Assembly: GCA_963727505.1 (NCBI GenBank)
Contig: CAVSGP010000006.1
Location: forward strand, 1 to 64,000
Source: an uncultured Trueperaceae bacterium
GTDB lineage: Bacteria; Deinococcota; Deinococci; Deinococcales; Trueperaceae
DNA length: 64,000 bases
Direction: 5' to 3'
In this document: positions 46,291-55,807 of the stretch, piece after piece
Numbering within the stretch: position 1 is the first letter of the stretch
How the letters are laid out: each line of letters begins with the position of its first letter
Made by a program: the position numbers and the translations under genes
Notes under the pieces: generated by a model
The model's input: the letters and a program-made list of their open reading frames with translations, nothing else
Databases searched by the model: none
What the model was told of the DNA's origin: nothing

Positions 46291-46748
46291 GCGGCGGCGA
46301 GTCGCGCCTTCAGGCGGGGCGGCGTCCCATCGCCGGCGCTGTGCTGTGGAACCCCGATGGCACCGTTCTGCTGCAGCACCGCGATGACGTTCCCGGTGTG
46401 AAGGACGCCGGCAAGTGGTCGCTGTTCGGAGGTGGGATCGAGCCCGGCGAGGATCCCGAGACGGCCATGCTGCGCGAGCTCGACGAGGAGATCGGCTACC
46501 GGCCGGCGCGCTACCATCCCTTCCTGGTGCTGCGGGCGCGTGAGGCGGACTTCCACCTGTTCCTGGCGGTCATCGAGGAACCCCTCGGACGGCTTCGGCT
46601 CACCGAGGGGCAGGGCTTCGCCTACCTCGCGCCGGAGGCCGCGCTCGCCGGCTACGACCTGTCCGATACGGCGCGCACGGCCCTGGGTGCGCTGCAGCTC
46701 TACCGAGACTTCCGCGCCGGTCAGGGCCTGACCGGACCGATCGATTGA
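46287..46748 (+). CDS. NUDIX hydrolase
   Basis: GGGIEPGEDPETAMLRELDEEIG; GTGA overlap with the speA stop. Confidence 0.88.
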   Translation: MSGGESRLQAGRRPIAGAVLWNPDGTVLLQHRDDVPGVKDAGKWSLFGGGIEPGEDPETAMLRELDEEIGYRPARYHPFLVLRAREADFHLFLAVIEEPLGRLRLTEGQGFAYLAPEAALAGYDLSDTARTALGALQLYRDFRAGQGLTGPID

Positions 46749-46820
46749 ACGCCTGCGGGCTCCCCACGCAGCCCATTTTGCCCGTTTCGGGGGTGTGGGA
46801 GGGCGTTCAGGCGCAACGCC

Positions 46821-46849
46821 TTGACGAATAGCGAATACCGGGGTATCTT
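46821..46849 (+). promoter_or_regulatory. Near-consensus sigma70 promoter in a convergent intergenic region
   Basis: TTGACG-17 bp-TATCTT in an AT-rich patch. Confidence 0.6.
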
Positions 46850-46857
46850 GACTTTAT

Positions 46858-46886
46858 AGGCGCTCGGGCAGAGCGCTTCTTTTTTT
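46858..46886 (+). terminator. Intrinsic terminator
   Basis: AGGCGCTC-GGGCA-GAGCGCTT followed by CTTTTTTT. Confidence 0.75.
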
Positions 46887-46981
46887 GCTCCTGCAATCTC
46901 AGAGTGCGCGCCTCCCCACCTGCGCGCCTGTCCCCGTGCGCCTCGTCCCTGCGCACGCTTCCCGTGCCGCCCTCGTCGAGG

Positions 46982-47746
46982 TCAGAACGTGACGGCGTCG
47001 CCGTCCGCGCCCAGCGTGATGTCGGGGAAGTACTTGCGGGCTTCATCGAGCGTGGAGTTGCCCAGGGCGCGGTTGGGCGCGATGTGGACCAGGCGCAAGC
47101 GCTTGGCGCCGGCGCGCGCCGCCAGCTTGGCGGCGTCGGTCGCGCTGGAGTGCCCAGGGCCCTCGCCCGTTGCCTCGTGCACCAGCAGATCGGCCTCATG
47201 GGCCAGCCGCTCGATCGCCTCGCACGGCTCGGTGTCGGACGAGTAGGTCACCACCCCGCCACCGGCGCGATCGCGGATGCGTAGCCCCGTCACGGGAACC
47301 GCGTGGCACCCCGGGGCCGCCGTGATCTCCCAGTCGTCGTCGACCAGCACGGCTGCGCCCTCATCGAGAGCGACCTCGTGGTAGCGCACCTCGGGATAGC
47401 CCGGCCAGTTGGAGGTATCGAAGGCGTCGTGGAGCTTCCGGACCTGCCCGATGGCGGGCGCGATGCCGTAGACGTCGAGCGGGCGCGACCGACCCGCCAG
47501 CCACAGCCGTTCCATCATCAGCGGGAAGCCCGAGACGTGGTCGGCGTGCTCGTGGGTCACGATCAGGGCGGACACGCGATCGAGGTCGATCTCGTGGGCG
47601 AGCAGCCAGCGCACCACGTCGCCGCCGCAGTCGATCACGACCACCGAACGCGGGCCGGAAACGGCCAGCATGGTCGTCGTGCGATCCGCGGCCGAGAAGG
47701 CCGCGCCCGTTCCCAGAAGATGCAGCGTTGCCACCGAAGCCTCCAT
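46982..47746 (-). CDS. Metallo-beta-lactamase fold hydrolase, RNase Z/AtsA-like
   Basis: LLGTG, IDCG, THEHADH, YSSDT, LLVHEAT, HS, LVH motifs. Start may be GTG 47734. Confidence 0.88.
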   Translation of the reverse strand: MEASVATLHLLGTGAAFSAADRTTTMLAVSGPRSVVVIDCGGDVVRWLLAHEIDLDRVSALIVTHEHADHVSGFPLMMERLWLAGRSRPLDVYGIAPAIGQVRKLHDAFDTSNWPGYPEVRYHEVALDEGAAVLVDDDWEITAAPGCHAVPVTGLRIRDRAGGGVVTYSSDTEPCEAIERLAHEADLLVHEATGEGPGHSSATDAAKLAARAGAKRLRLVHIAPNRALGNSTLDEARKYFPDITLGADGDAVTF

Positions 47747-47949
47747 GCGAAGAGCCGATCCCCCTTGAAGGCGACCGGCCCCGGTCGGCCCCGAGCCGCC
47801 CCCGATACCGCGGCTGGTCGGTCTTCGCTGCGGGTCATGATAGCTCCGCCAAGGGCGGCGAAGCGGGCCGCTGACACACCGGTCGAGTGGTCGCGCCGAT
47901 CGTCCGGTCCTCCGGGGGAAGCGCGCTCCGTCGATCGCGCTCGTGTCGG

Positions 47950-47981
47950 TAACGCTCCAATAACGCTCGCTTCGCTAGGCT
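47950..47981 (+). promoter_or_regulatory. SARP-like box plus -10 element
   Basis: TAACGCT-4 nt-TAACGCT-8 nt-TAGGCT, with no clear -35. Confidence 0.6.
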
Positions 47982-48010
47982 TCCGTCGTCCACGGACGAA
48001 AGGAGCGACC

Positions 48011-49726
48011 ATGAAGATGAGGTTCACGGTTCTTCTGCTCGCCATCGCTCCCATCGTGGCGGTGCTCACAGCCTGTCCGCCCGTCCAACAAACAGGTTCG
48101 GGTGGCACCGGGGCCTGCGTCTCCCCGACGACCCTCGCCAGCAGCATCGATACGCCGACGACGCTGACGGCCGGCTGTTACGAGGCGACCTCCGACGTCC
48201 AGGTGTCGGCGGCATTGACCCTCTTGCCTGGCGTCACCATCGAGTTCGCGCAGGACACCGAGATGGACATCGTGACCAATGCCAACAGCCAGCCGACGGG
48301 CTCGCTCACTGCCGTCGGCACCTCCGGGTCGGGGAACGGCATCGTTCTCCGCGGCGTCAACGATTCGCCCGGCGAATGGGCGGGGGTCAACTTCTACACG
48401 AACAACGCCAAGAACCACCTGGAGTACGTCGAGATCCGTGACACCGGTGATCAGAGCTACGGCAACGGAGACGGCATCTTCGTGGCATCCGGCCTCCCGT
48501 TCACCATGAAGCACAGCACCATCGACGACGGCATGGGGATCGGCCTGGCGTTCGACGCCGGCACGTCGGCCGGTGACCTCACACTGCAGGCCAACACCTA
48601 CGACAACCTGGCGGACTTCCCCGTCAGCCTGCCCGCGAACGCCGTCGGGGCCCTCGACGCCAACAGCGTCTACACGAACAACGCCAAGAACGCCGTCGAG
48701 GTCTTCGGCGGGAGCGTGGGCCTGGCGCAGCAGTGGGCGCATCTGGCCGCTCCCTACCGGGTCGACTGGTTCGTGTCGGTGGACGCGTCCCTCGCGATCG
48801 CAGCCGGAACGACCCTCGAGTTCACCAACGGCAGCTACATCGACGTCAACAACTCGAGCAGTGGGACGGTCGAGCTGACGGCCGTCGGGACGTCGACCGA
48901 CAGGATCAACTTCGTCGGTGCCGGCAATCCGGCCGACACCTGGGGCGGCATCAACCTCAATACGGGTTCGGCAGGTGACATCGAGTATGCGACGGTTCGC
49001 GACGCCGGCGGTACCGGTGCTGCCTTGAATGCCGCCATCAACGTCTTCAGCGGCGTGCCGTTCACGCTCGAGCATGCCGTCGTCGACCAGAGCGCGGCCG
49101 AGGGCGTGGCCTTCGACGCGGGAACCGTCCTCACCGACCTCACCCTCCAGGCCAACACCTACAGCAACAACGCGAGCTTCCCCGTCAGCGTGACGACGGA
49201 CGGCGCCGGCGCGCTCGATCCGAACAGCCAGTACGTCAACAACACCGACAACCGGGTCGAGGTGTTCGGGAACTCGCTCACCCACACTCAGACCTGGCAC
49301 CACCTGGGAGCGCAGTACTACATCGACGGGTTGCCCACCATCGATGCTGCCCTTACGATCGATCCGGCCACCACGATCCAGGTCGATCCCGGCGTCACCA
49401 TCGATGTCGGCACGGGCACGTTGACGGCCGACGGGGGGTCCTCCTCGACGATGATCACCTTCACGACCGGGGTCGCCGGTAGCACCTGGAACGGGATCGA
49501 CTTCTTCACTGCCAACAACGTCCTCAACTACGTTGTCGTCGACGAGGCCGATAGTTCGGGCTCCGGTGAGGTCTTCACCCGGGTTCCCGGCGTCCAGATC
49601 AGCAACAGCACGTTCCAGAACAGCCCGGACAAGGCGATCTGCTGGGATGTGAACGCCCAGCCCACGACCTCCAACCTCACCTACATCAGCGTCGACAGCA
49701 CGTCCACCACGGGCTGCCTGCCCTGA
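48011..49726 (+). CDS. Lipoprotein (571 aa) with about three internal repeats, likely right-handed beta-helix
   Basis: AAGGAG RBS, lipobox LTAC. Repeated L(T/A)(L/I)xxxxT(I/L)x, LTAxG and WxG(I/V) units about 185 aa apart. Confidence 0.85.
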   Translation: MKMRFTVLLLAIAPIVAVLTACPPVQQTGSGGTGACVSPTTLASSIDTPTTLTAGCYEATSDVQVSAALTLLPGVTIEFAQDTEMDIVTNANSQPTGSLTAVGTSGSGNGIVLRGVNDSPGEWAGVNFYTNNAKNHLEYVEIRDTGDQSYGNGDGIFVASGLPFTMKHSTIDDGMGIGLAFDAGTSAGDLTLQANTYDNLADFPVSLPANAVGALDANSVYTNNAKNAVEVFGGSVGLAQQWAHLAAPYRVDWFVSVDASLAIAAGTTLEFTNGSYIDVNNSSSGTVELTAVGTSTDRINFVGAGNPADTWGGINLNTGSAGDIEYATVRDAGGTGAALNAAINVFSGVPFTLEHAVVDQSAAEGVAFDAGTVLTDLTLQANTYSNNASFPVSVTTDGAGALDPNSQYVNNTDNRVEVFGNSLTHTQTWHHLGAQYYIDGLPTIDAALTIDPATTIQVDPGVTIDVGTGTLTADGGSSSTMITFTTGVAGSTWNGIDFFTANNVLNYVVVDEADSSGSGEVFTRVPGVQISNSTFQNSPDKAICWDVNAQPTTSNLTYISVDSTSTTGCLP

Positions 49727-49747
49727 TTGCCAAGAACCCTTCGACAA

Positions 49748-49773
49748 GGTTGGGCCGGCATGCCGGCCCAACC
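49748..49773. other. Perfect 26-bp palindrome between the lipoprotein and the small ORF
   Basis: GGTTGGGCCGGCATGCCGGCCCAACC. Confidence 0.7.
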
Positions 49774-49792
49774 CCTCCTCGGAGCGAACGAT

Positions 49793-49981
49793 GTGACAAC
49801 ACACCACGGAAGCCACACCTACGTGCTTCGTATCTGGAGCGAGAGGGAGCACGGTCGCCCTCCGGCCTTCCGTGCGGCTCTGACGGACGTGGCGACCAAG
49901 GAGACCCACTACTTCTCCGATGCGCTCGCCCTGGTCCGCCATCTGCGTGAGCTGCGCCCGGGGGGCGTTCGGCCGGGGTGA
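49793..49981 (+). CDS. Small hypothetical protein (62 aa, YVLRIW...FRAAL...HYF pattern)
   Basis: GGAG RBS with GTG start; resembles small SYLLRLW-type proteins recalled from Chloroflexota/Deinococcota. Confidence 0.65.
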   Translation: MTTHHGSHTYVLRIWSEREHGRPPAFRAALTDVATKETHYFSDALALVRHLRELRPGGVRPG

Positions 49982-49998
49982 GGCCTCGACCGCCGCTC

Positions 49999-50688
49999 TC
50001 AGCGCGCTCGTGGGCTCCTGGGGTCCGAATCCGTGCTGCGCGCGAATACCCGCAGGAAGAACTGCATCAACGGTCCGATCCCCAAGGCGAACAGCACCGT
50101 GCCGAGCCCGACCTGCCCGCCCATCAGCCAACCGCTCGCGAGTACCAGCAGCTCGAGCCCGGTGCGGGTCACGCGCACGCTGACCGACAGCAGCCGCGCG
50201 AGCCCCAGCACCAGCCCATCGCGCGGCCCCGCGCCGAAGCCGCGCGGAGATGTACAGCCCGGTGCCGATCCCCTGCAGCACGAGGCCGGCGAGGAACACG
50301 GCGCCCCCCAGCAGGTAGCTCGCGGGTGAGCGTTCGAGCGGCAGCGATCGGAAGAGGTCGACCCAGGGGCCGACCAGGACCATGTTCAGGGCGGTGCCGA
50401 GGCCCGGGCGGGTGCCGGTGAGCAGCCAGCTCAGAGCACCACAACCAGGCCCACGCCCTGCATCACGCGGCCGATGCTGAGACCGGTGACGAAGCTCAGG
50501 CCCTGGTGGAACACCGTCCAAGGGCCCAGCCCGATGCCGGCGTCCAGCATCAGGGCGATCCCGAGCCCCACCACCAGCAGGCCAACGTTGAGCTGCAGCA
50601 GGCGGCGCCAGAAGTCCCAGCTGGTGAGGGCCTTGCGTGCGGCCGCGCCGACGGCGCTGGAGGCGGCTCGCAAGCCACTGCCGGCCAT
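49999..50688 (-). pseudogene. YczE/YyaS/YitT-family membrane protein interrupted by two compensating frameshifts (about 50440 and 50243)
   Basis: GLGPWTVFHQG in frame A, RPGLGTALN...GLYISA in frame B, GAGPRDGL...VGLGTVLFALGIGP back in frame A. May be an assembly error. Confidence 0.8.
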
Positions 50689-50820
50689 GAGCGCGACTCT
50701 ACCGCGCCCGCCGTCAGCGCGCTGGAGGCGAGCGTCCCGGTCGCCGGCCGGTCGCGACACGGTGGCTACGTAGCGTCGCACGGCACCCGGGGCCGATTCG
50801 GCTCAGGATCGCGCCCGCCG

Positions 50821-52275
50821 TCAGCGCGTGCTGACCCAGACCGACTTCACCTCGGTGTAGAGCTCGATGGCCTCCTCCCCCATCTCCCGACCGAAGCCCG
50901 ACTCCTTGTAGCCACCGAACGGCGAGGCGGCGTCGAAGACGTTGTAGGTGTTGATCCACAGCGTGCCGGTACGCACCTCCGCGGCCACGCGGTGAGCGCG
51001 CGCCAGGTCCCGCGTGAAGAGGCCCCCGGCCAGGCCGTAGCGGGAGTCGTTGGCGATGTGGATGGCCTCGTCTTCGTCGTCGAAGGGGATGATGACGCCC
51101 ACCGGCCCGAAGATCTCCTCCTGCACGATGGCCTGCTGCGTGTTCTCGGTGACGAACAGGGTGGGCTCCAGGAAGTAGCCGGGGTCGTGCGCCGCGCCGC
51201 CGGCCACCAGCGTGCTGCCCGACGCCTTTCCCTGCTCGATGTAGCCGAGCACGCGCGTGCGCTGCTCCTCGCTGATGAGCGGGCCCATGGTGGTGCCCTC
51301 ATCGAGGCCCGGCCCGAGGCGCACCTGACGCGCCTGCTGCCCCAATCGCTCGACCACCTCGTCGAGCACGCCGCGCTGCACCAGCATGCGGCTGCCGGCG
51401 GTGCAGAGCTGGCCCTGGTTGTAGAAGATGCCCAGCCCCAGCCCGAACACCGCGGTCTTCAGGTCTGCGTCGTCGAACACGATGCTGGCCGACTTGCCAC
51501 CGAGCTCGAGCGACACCCGGGCCAGCCGCTTGGACGCCTCCGCCATGATCTGCTTGCCCACCGCGGTGGAGCCGGTGAAGGTGATCTTGTCCACGTCGGG
51601 GTGCTCGACGAGCGCCTTGCCGGTGCGGCCGTCGCCCGTGACCACGTTGAGCACGCCCTTGGGGAAGCCGATGTCGTCGAGGATCTCCGCGAAGCGCAGC
51701 GCCGTCAGCGGCGTCTGCTCGGCGGGTTTGAGCACCACGGTGCAGCCGGCTGCCAGCGCCGGCGCCAGTTTCCACGAGGCGATCAGCAGCGGGAAGTTCC
51801 AGGGCACGATGGCGCCGACCACGCCCACCGGTTCGCGCAGCGTGTAGTTGAACACGCGCCGCGCCGACACCGGTACCGTGCGCCCGCCGATGGTGGGCGC
51901 CAGCCCCGCGAAGTACCGGAAGTGGTTGGCCGCCAGCGGGATGTCGCCGCGTCGCGACTCCTTCAGCGGCTTGCCGTTGTCGAGCGTCTCGATCTCGGCG
52001 AGCTCGTCGGCGTGCTCCTCGATGGCGTCGGCCACGCGGGTCAGCCAGCGGGAGCGTTCCAGCGGCGGCAGGCGCCGCCAGCCGTCGAAGGCGGCACGGC
52101 CCGAGCGCACGGCGGCGTCGACCTCGGCGCCGCCTGCGAAGGGCACGTCGGCCAGGGGCACGCCGTTGGCGGGGTTGACGGTGGGGAAGGTGTCGTCGGC
52201 GCCGACGAAGTCGCCGCCGATGTAGAGCTTCTTGGCCCTTTGCAGGAAGGCTTCGGTGGTGGGGAGCATCGTCAC
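50821..52275 (-). CDS. NAD-dependent aldehyde dehydrogenase
   Basis: IVPWNFP, KPAEQTP, FTGST, LELGGK, GQLCTAG, EEIFGP. Confidence 0.96.
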   Translation of the reverse strand: MTMLPTTEAFLQRAKKLYIGGDFVGADDTFPTVNPANGVPLADVPFAGGAEVDAAVRSGRAAFDGWRRLPPLERSRWLTRVADAIEEHADELAEIETLDNGKPLKESRRGDIPLAANHFRYFAGLAPTIGGRTVPVSARRVFNYTLREPVGVVGAIVPWNFPLLIASWKLAPALAAGCTVVLKPAEQTPLTALRFAEILDDIGFPKGVLNVVTGDGRTGKALVEHPDVDKITFTGSTAVGKQIMAEASKRLARVSLELGGKSASIVFDDADLKTAVFGLGLGIFYNQGQLCTAGSRMLVQRGVLDEVVERLGQQARQVRLGPGLDEGTTMGPLISEEQRTRVLGYIEQGKASGSTLVAGGAAHDPGYFLEPTLFVTENTQQAIVQEEIFGPVGVIIPFDDEDEAIHIANDSRYGLAGGLFTRDLARAHRVAAEVRTGTLWINTYNVFDAASPFGGYKESGFGREMGEEAIELYTEVKSVWVSTR

Positions 52276-52405
52276 CTCGTGTTCTTGTCGCGGGCGCGCG
52301 GACCGCGCGCCGGCGGGTCAGGGGGCGGGCTCGGGCGGCGTGCCGAGGGCCTCGGCGACCGGCTCGAGCAGGGGCGCGGGATCGCGCGCGTCGGGTGTGA
52401 CGGGC

Positions 52406-53215
52406 TCAGCGTCCCGACCAGCGGGGCTCGCGCTTGTCCAGGAAGGCGCGTACCCCCTCCTTCTGGTCCTCGGTGCCGAAGAGCAGGTAGAAGCTGTGGC
52501 GCTCGAACGCCAGGCCCTGCTCCAGCGACGCGTCCTGGGCGCGCAGGATGGCGCTCTTCGCCACGCGCACGGCCAGCGGGGCGCGCGACGCCACCTTGCG
52601 TGCCAGCTCGACGGCGGCGTGCAGGGTGTCCTCGACGGGGGTCACGCGGTTGACCAGGCCGTGGGCCAGCGCCTCCTCGGCCGTGAGCAGGCGGCCGGCC
52701 AGCACCACCTCCATCGCCAGCGCCTTGCCGAGCTGCCGGGTGAGGCGCTGGGTGCCGCCGGCGCCCGGGATGATGCCGAGGTTGATCTCCGGTTGGCCGA
52801 GCCTGGCGGTGTCGCTGGCCACGATCATGTCGCACAGCATCGCGAGCTCGAGCCCTCCCCCCAGCGCGTAGCCGGAGACGGCGGCCACCATGGGCGTGGC
52901 GAGCGTCCGCAGCCCCTCCCACTGTTGGAACCGGTAGCTCGAGAGCATGTCGCCCACGCCCTTGCCGTCCATCTCGGTGATGTCGGCGCCGGCGGCGAAG
53001 GCGCGCTCGTCGCCGGTCAGCACGATGCAGCCGACGCTTCCGTCGGCGTCGAAGGCGGTGGCGACCTCACGGAGCTCCTGCAGGGTCGCCTGGTTCAGCG
53101 CGTTGCGCCGCTCCGGCCGGTGGATGCGGATCAGGCCGACCCCGCCGTCGAGCCGCTCGACGATCAGGTTCTCGAAGGTGCGTGTCTCGGGGGCGTCGTT
53201 CTCGGGACCCTCCAC
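52406..53215 (-). CDS. paaF: Enoyl-CoA hydratase (PaaF-like)
   Basis: AFAAGADI, ALGGGLELA, GQPEINLGIIPGAGGTQRL; paa context. Confidence 0.85.
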   Translation of the reverse strand: MEGPENDAPETRTFENLIVERLDGGVGLIRIHRPERRNALNQATLQELREVATAFDADGSVGCIVLTGDERAFAAGADITEMDGKGVGDMLSSYRFQQWEGLRTLATPMVAAVSGYALGGGLELAMLCDMIVASDTARLGQPEINLGIIPGAGGTQRLTRQLGKALAMEVVLAGRLLTAEEALAHGLVNRVTPVEDTLHAAVELARKVASRAPLAVRVAKSAILRAQDASLEQGLAFERHSFYLLFGTEDQKEGVRAFLDKREPRWSGR

Positions 53216-53218
53216 GCC

Positions 53219-53530
53219 TCAGGTCACCTCCTCGGACTCGGTGATCAGCACGGTGGCGACGCCGCCGGCGAAGGCCCGCAGGTCGTCGGCCAGGCGCCGG
53301 TTCTCGTCGGAGCGCATGGCCGTCTTGAAGGCGTCGCGGTCGGCGAAGTGCATCTCCGCCATCAGCACGAACTCCGGCTCGCCGCCGAAGGCGTCGCCGG
53401 TGACGTGGTTCAACACCAGCTTCTGCAGACCCGGCAGCGCGAGGGTCAGGGGCGTGTGGACCTCGCGGTAGTGTTCCAGGAACGCCTCGAGATCGTCGGG
53501 GCGCCGGTAGAGCGCGATGAGCTTGATCAT
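53219..53530 (-). CDS. EthD-family protein
   Basis: MIKLIALYRRP...FLEHYREVHTPL...LPGL...AEMHF. Confidence 0.88.
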   Translation of the reverse strand: MIKLIALYRRPDDLEAFLEHYREVHTPLTLALPGLQKLVLNHVTGDAFGGEPEFVLMAEMHFADRDAFKTAMRSDENRRLADDLRAFAGGVATVLITESEEVT

Positions 53531-53997
53531 GGTCCTCCTCTTCGCGGTGCGGCCGTTCGCGGTGCGCTCGCCAGGGCGGCCTGCCAGCGTTCGCGCAGGC
53601 CTGCGAGGCCGCGTTCGAGCTTCTCGCGCGGCAGCACGACCTGCGTTGTCGCGCCGTCTCCGACGACGTCTCCCAGCTCGTTGACGGCGTGCACCGCGGC
53701 GTAGACGCGGCTTCCCTCCCGGCGGACGAACCGCGCCCTGAGCTGCACCCGCATGCCGGGGAGCGCGGAGGCCAGGTGGCGGATGCTCACCTCGTGGCCG
53801 ATCCCCTCCTCCCCCGCTTCGAGGAAGGGGAGGATGATCTTGCGGCTCACCAGCTCGGCGTGCTTCGTCAGCCAGTAGGTGGCGTAGACGGGGTGGAGCC
53901 GGCCGAGGCGGGGGTCGTCCTGCTCGAAGTCGACGGTCATGGCCTCGGTCACGGTGACCTCGAAGGTGGCCTGGTAGCCGTCCGGGATGGCCTTCAT
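53527..53997 (-). CDS. Hotdog thioesterase, FlK-like
   Basis: HPVYAT...AE...EEGIG...IRHLASALPG. Confidence 0.82.
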   Translation of the reverse strand: MKAIPDGYQATFEVTVTEAMTVDFEQDDPRLGRLHPVYATYWLTKHAELVSRKIILPFLEAGEEGIGHEVSIRHLASALPGMRVQLRARFVRREGSRVYAAVHAVNELGDVVGDGATTQVVLPREKLERGLAGLRERWQAALASAPRTAAPRRGGP

Positions 53998-54001
53998 CGC
54001 G

Positions 54002-55339
54002 TCACAGGCTCCGCTCGTCGACGATGCGACGCAGCTTCCCGCCGGCCGAGCGCGGCGCCGAGCCGGGTGCCAGCAGACTGACCCGAACGGTGATGCCGAC
54101 GTTCTCGCGGATCTTGTGCTGGATGCGCTCGCGCAAGGTGTGCACGTCCTTGTCGACCTGCAAGGTGCCGTCGTCGAGCACCCCCTGGCCGATGCGCTGG
54201 AAGGCGGGCTCGGTGAGCTCCAGGCGGAGCTCGAGCTCGTCCAGCGTCTTCACGCGGCGGACTACCAGCTGGTAGTGCGGCGACGCCTCCGCGATGTCGA
54301 CCAACGCGGCTTCGATCTGGGTGGGATAGACGTTGACGCCGCGGATCACCAGCATGTCGTCGGCGCGGCCGCGGATCATGCCGATGCGGGCGTGGGTGCG
54401 GCCGCTCACTCCGGGCTCGCGCGTGAGGCTGGTGATGTCTCCGGTCCAATAGCGCAGCAGCGGCAGTGCCTCCTTCGTGAGCGTCGTGATCGCCAGAACG
54501 CCGTCCTGACCGTCGGGCACGGGCTCGCCGGTGGTGGGGTCGACGATCTCCGGGTAGAAATGATCCTCCCAGATGTAGCTGCCGTCCTTCTCCTCGACCG
54601 CCTCGTTGGCGACGCCGGGACCGATGATCTCGGAGAGACCGTAGATGTTGGTGGCCTGGATGCCCAGCCCCTGCTCCACGTCCTGGCGGATGGTCTCGGT
54701 CCAGGGCTCGGCGCCGAGGATGCCGATCTCCAGGCTGATCTCGTCCGGAGCGATGCCGCGGCTCTGGAAGGCCTCGGACAGGGTCTGCGCGTACGACGGC
54801 GTGCAGGCGATGACCTTGGGCTGGAGGTCGAGGATGAGCATCACCTGGCGCTCGGTCATGCCGCCCGATACGGGCACCACCGTCAGGCCCAGGCGTTCGG
54901 CGCCGTAGTGCAAGCCGAGGCCGCCGGTGAACAGCCCGTAGCCGTAGGCGTTGTGGAACAGCATCCCCGGCCGTGCCCCGCCGGCCGCCATGCTGCGGGC
55001 GTTGACCTCGGCGAAGATCTCGATGTCGGAGTGCGTATAGCCGACGATGGTGGGCTTGCCGGTGGTGCCGCTGGAGGCGTGGATGCGAGCCAGCTCGTGC
55101 TGCGGCACGGCGAACATCCCCATGGGGTAGTTCTCGCGCAGGTCGTCCTTGCGGGTGAGCGGCAACGTCGCCAGGTCCTCGACGCCGCGGATGGCGCCCG
55201 GCGTGACGCCGACCTCGTCCATGCGCTGCCGGTAGAACGGCACCCGCTCGTAGACGTAGCTCGCGAGGTGTCGTACGCGTTCGTCCTGCAGGGCGCGCAG
55301 GCGATCGCGGGGCAACGTTTCCAGCTCCGGGTTGAACAT
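54002..55339 (-). CDS. paaK: Phenylacetate--CoA ligase
   Basis: RIHASSGTTGKPT, YGYGLFTGGLG, GAEPW, YGLSE, GRADDMLVIRGVNVYP. Confidence 0.96.
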   Translation of the reverse strand: MFNPELETLPRDRLRALQDERVRHLASYVYERVPFYRQRMDEVGVTPGAIRGVEDLATLPLTRKDDLRENYPMGMFAVPQHELARIHASSGTTGKPTIVGYTHSDIEIFAEVNARSMAAGGARPGMLFHNAYGYGLFTGGLGLHYGAERLGLTVVPVSGGMTERQVMLILDLQPKVIACTPSYAQTLSEAFQSRGIAPDEISLEIGILGAEPWTETIRQDVEQGLGIQATNIYGLSEIIGPGVANEAVEEKDGSYIWEDHFYPEIVDPTTGEPVPDGQDGVLAITTLTKEALPLLRYWTGDITSLTREPGVSGRTHARIGMIRGRADDMLVIRGVNVYPTQIEAALVDIAEASPHYQLVVRRVKTLDELELRLELTEPAFQRIGQGVLDDGTLQVDKDVHTLRERIQHKIRENVGITVRVSLLAPGSAPRSAGGKLRRIVDERSL

Positions 55340-55417
55340 GCTCACCTCCAGACGCGGCGGCGGGGCCGCCGCGACGTGTGCGCCTGTGACCTTCGCCCGC
55401 CGGGGTGGACCGGCACG

Positions 55418-55807
55418 TCAGGTACCTGCCGGGTCCCGGGGACGACGGTAGACGGTGCCGGTGAACAGTGCCACCGGCTCGTCGCGCTCGCCGTCGACGC
55501 CTTCGCGCAGCACCTCGACACGGTAGGTGGCGACCCTCCGGCCCAGATGCTCCTCGCTGGCGCGGGCCTCGAGCACGTCGCCGGGGAAGACCGCGCGGAA
55601 ATAGTCCATGCTCACCGACAGGGCAACGGCGTCCGCCTCGCGGGAATTGGAAGCGATCGCGAAGGCCTCGTCGGCGAGGCTGTAGAGGAACCCGCCGTGT
55701 GCGCTGCCGTGCATGTTGACGTGGTCGGGCCCGACCGTGGCGCGCAAGCGGGCCCGACCGGCCTCGGCGGGGAGCGCCTCGAAGGCGAGCAGGCGGGCGA
55801 AGCTCAC
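55418..55807 (-). CDS. paaI: PaaI thioesterase
   Basis: NMHGSAHGGFLYSLADEAFAIASNS...ALFTGTVYR. Confidence 0.92.
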   Translation of the reverse strand: MSFARLLAFEALPAEAGRARLRATVGPDHVNMHGSAHGGFLYSLADEAFAIASNSREADAVALSVSMDYFRAVFPGDVLEARASEEHLGRRVATYRVEVLREGVDGERDEPVALFTGTVYRRPRDPAGT

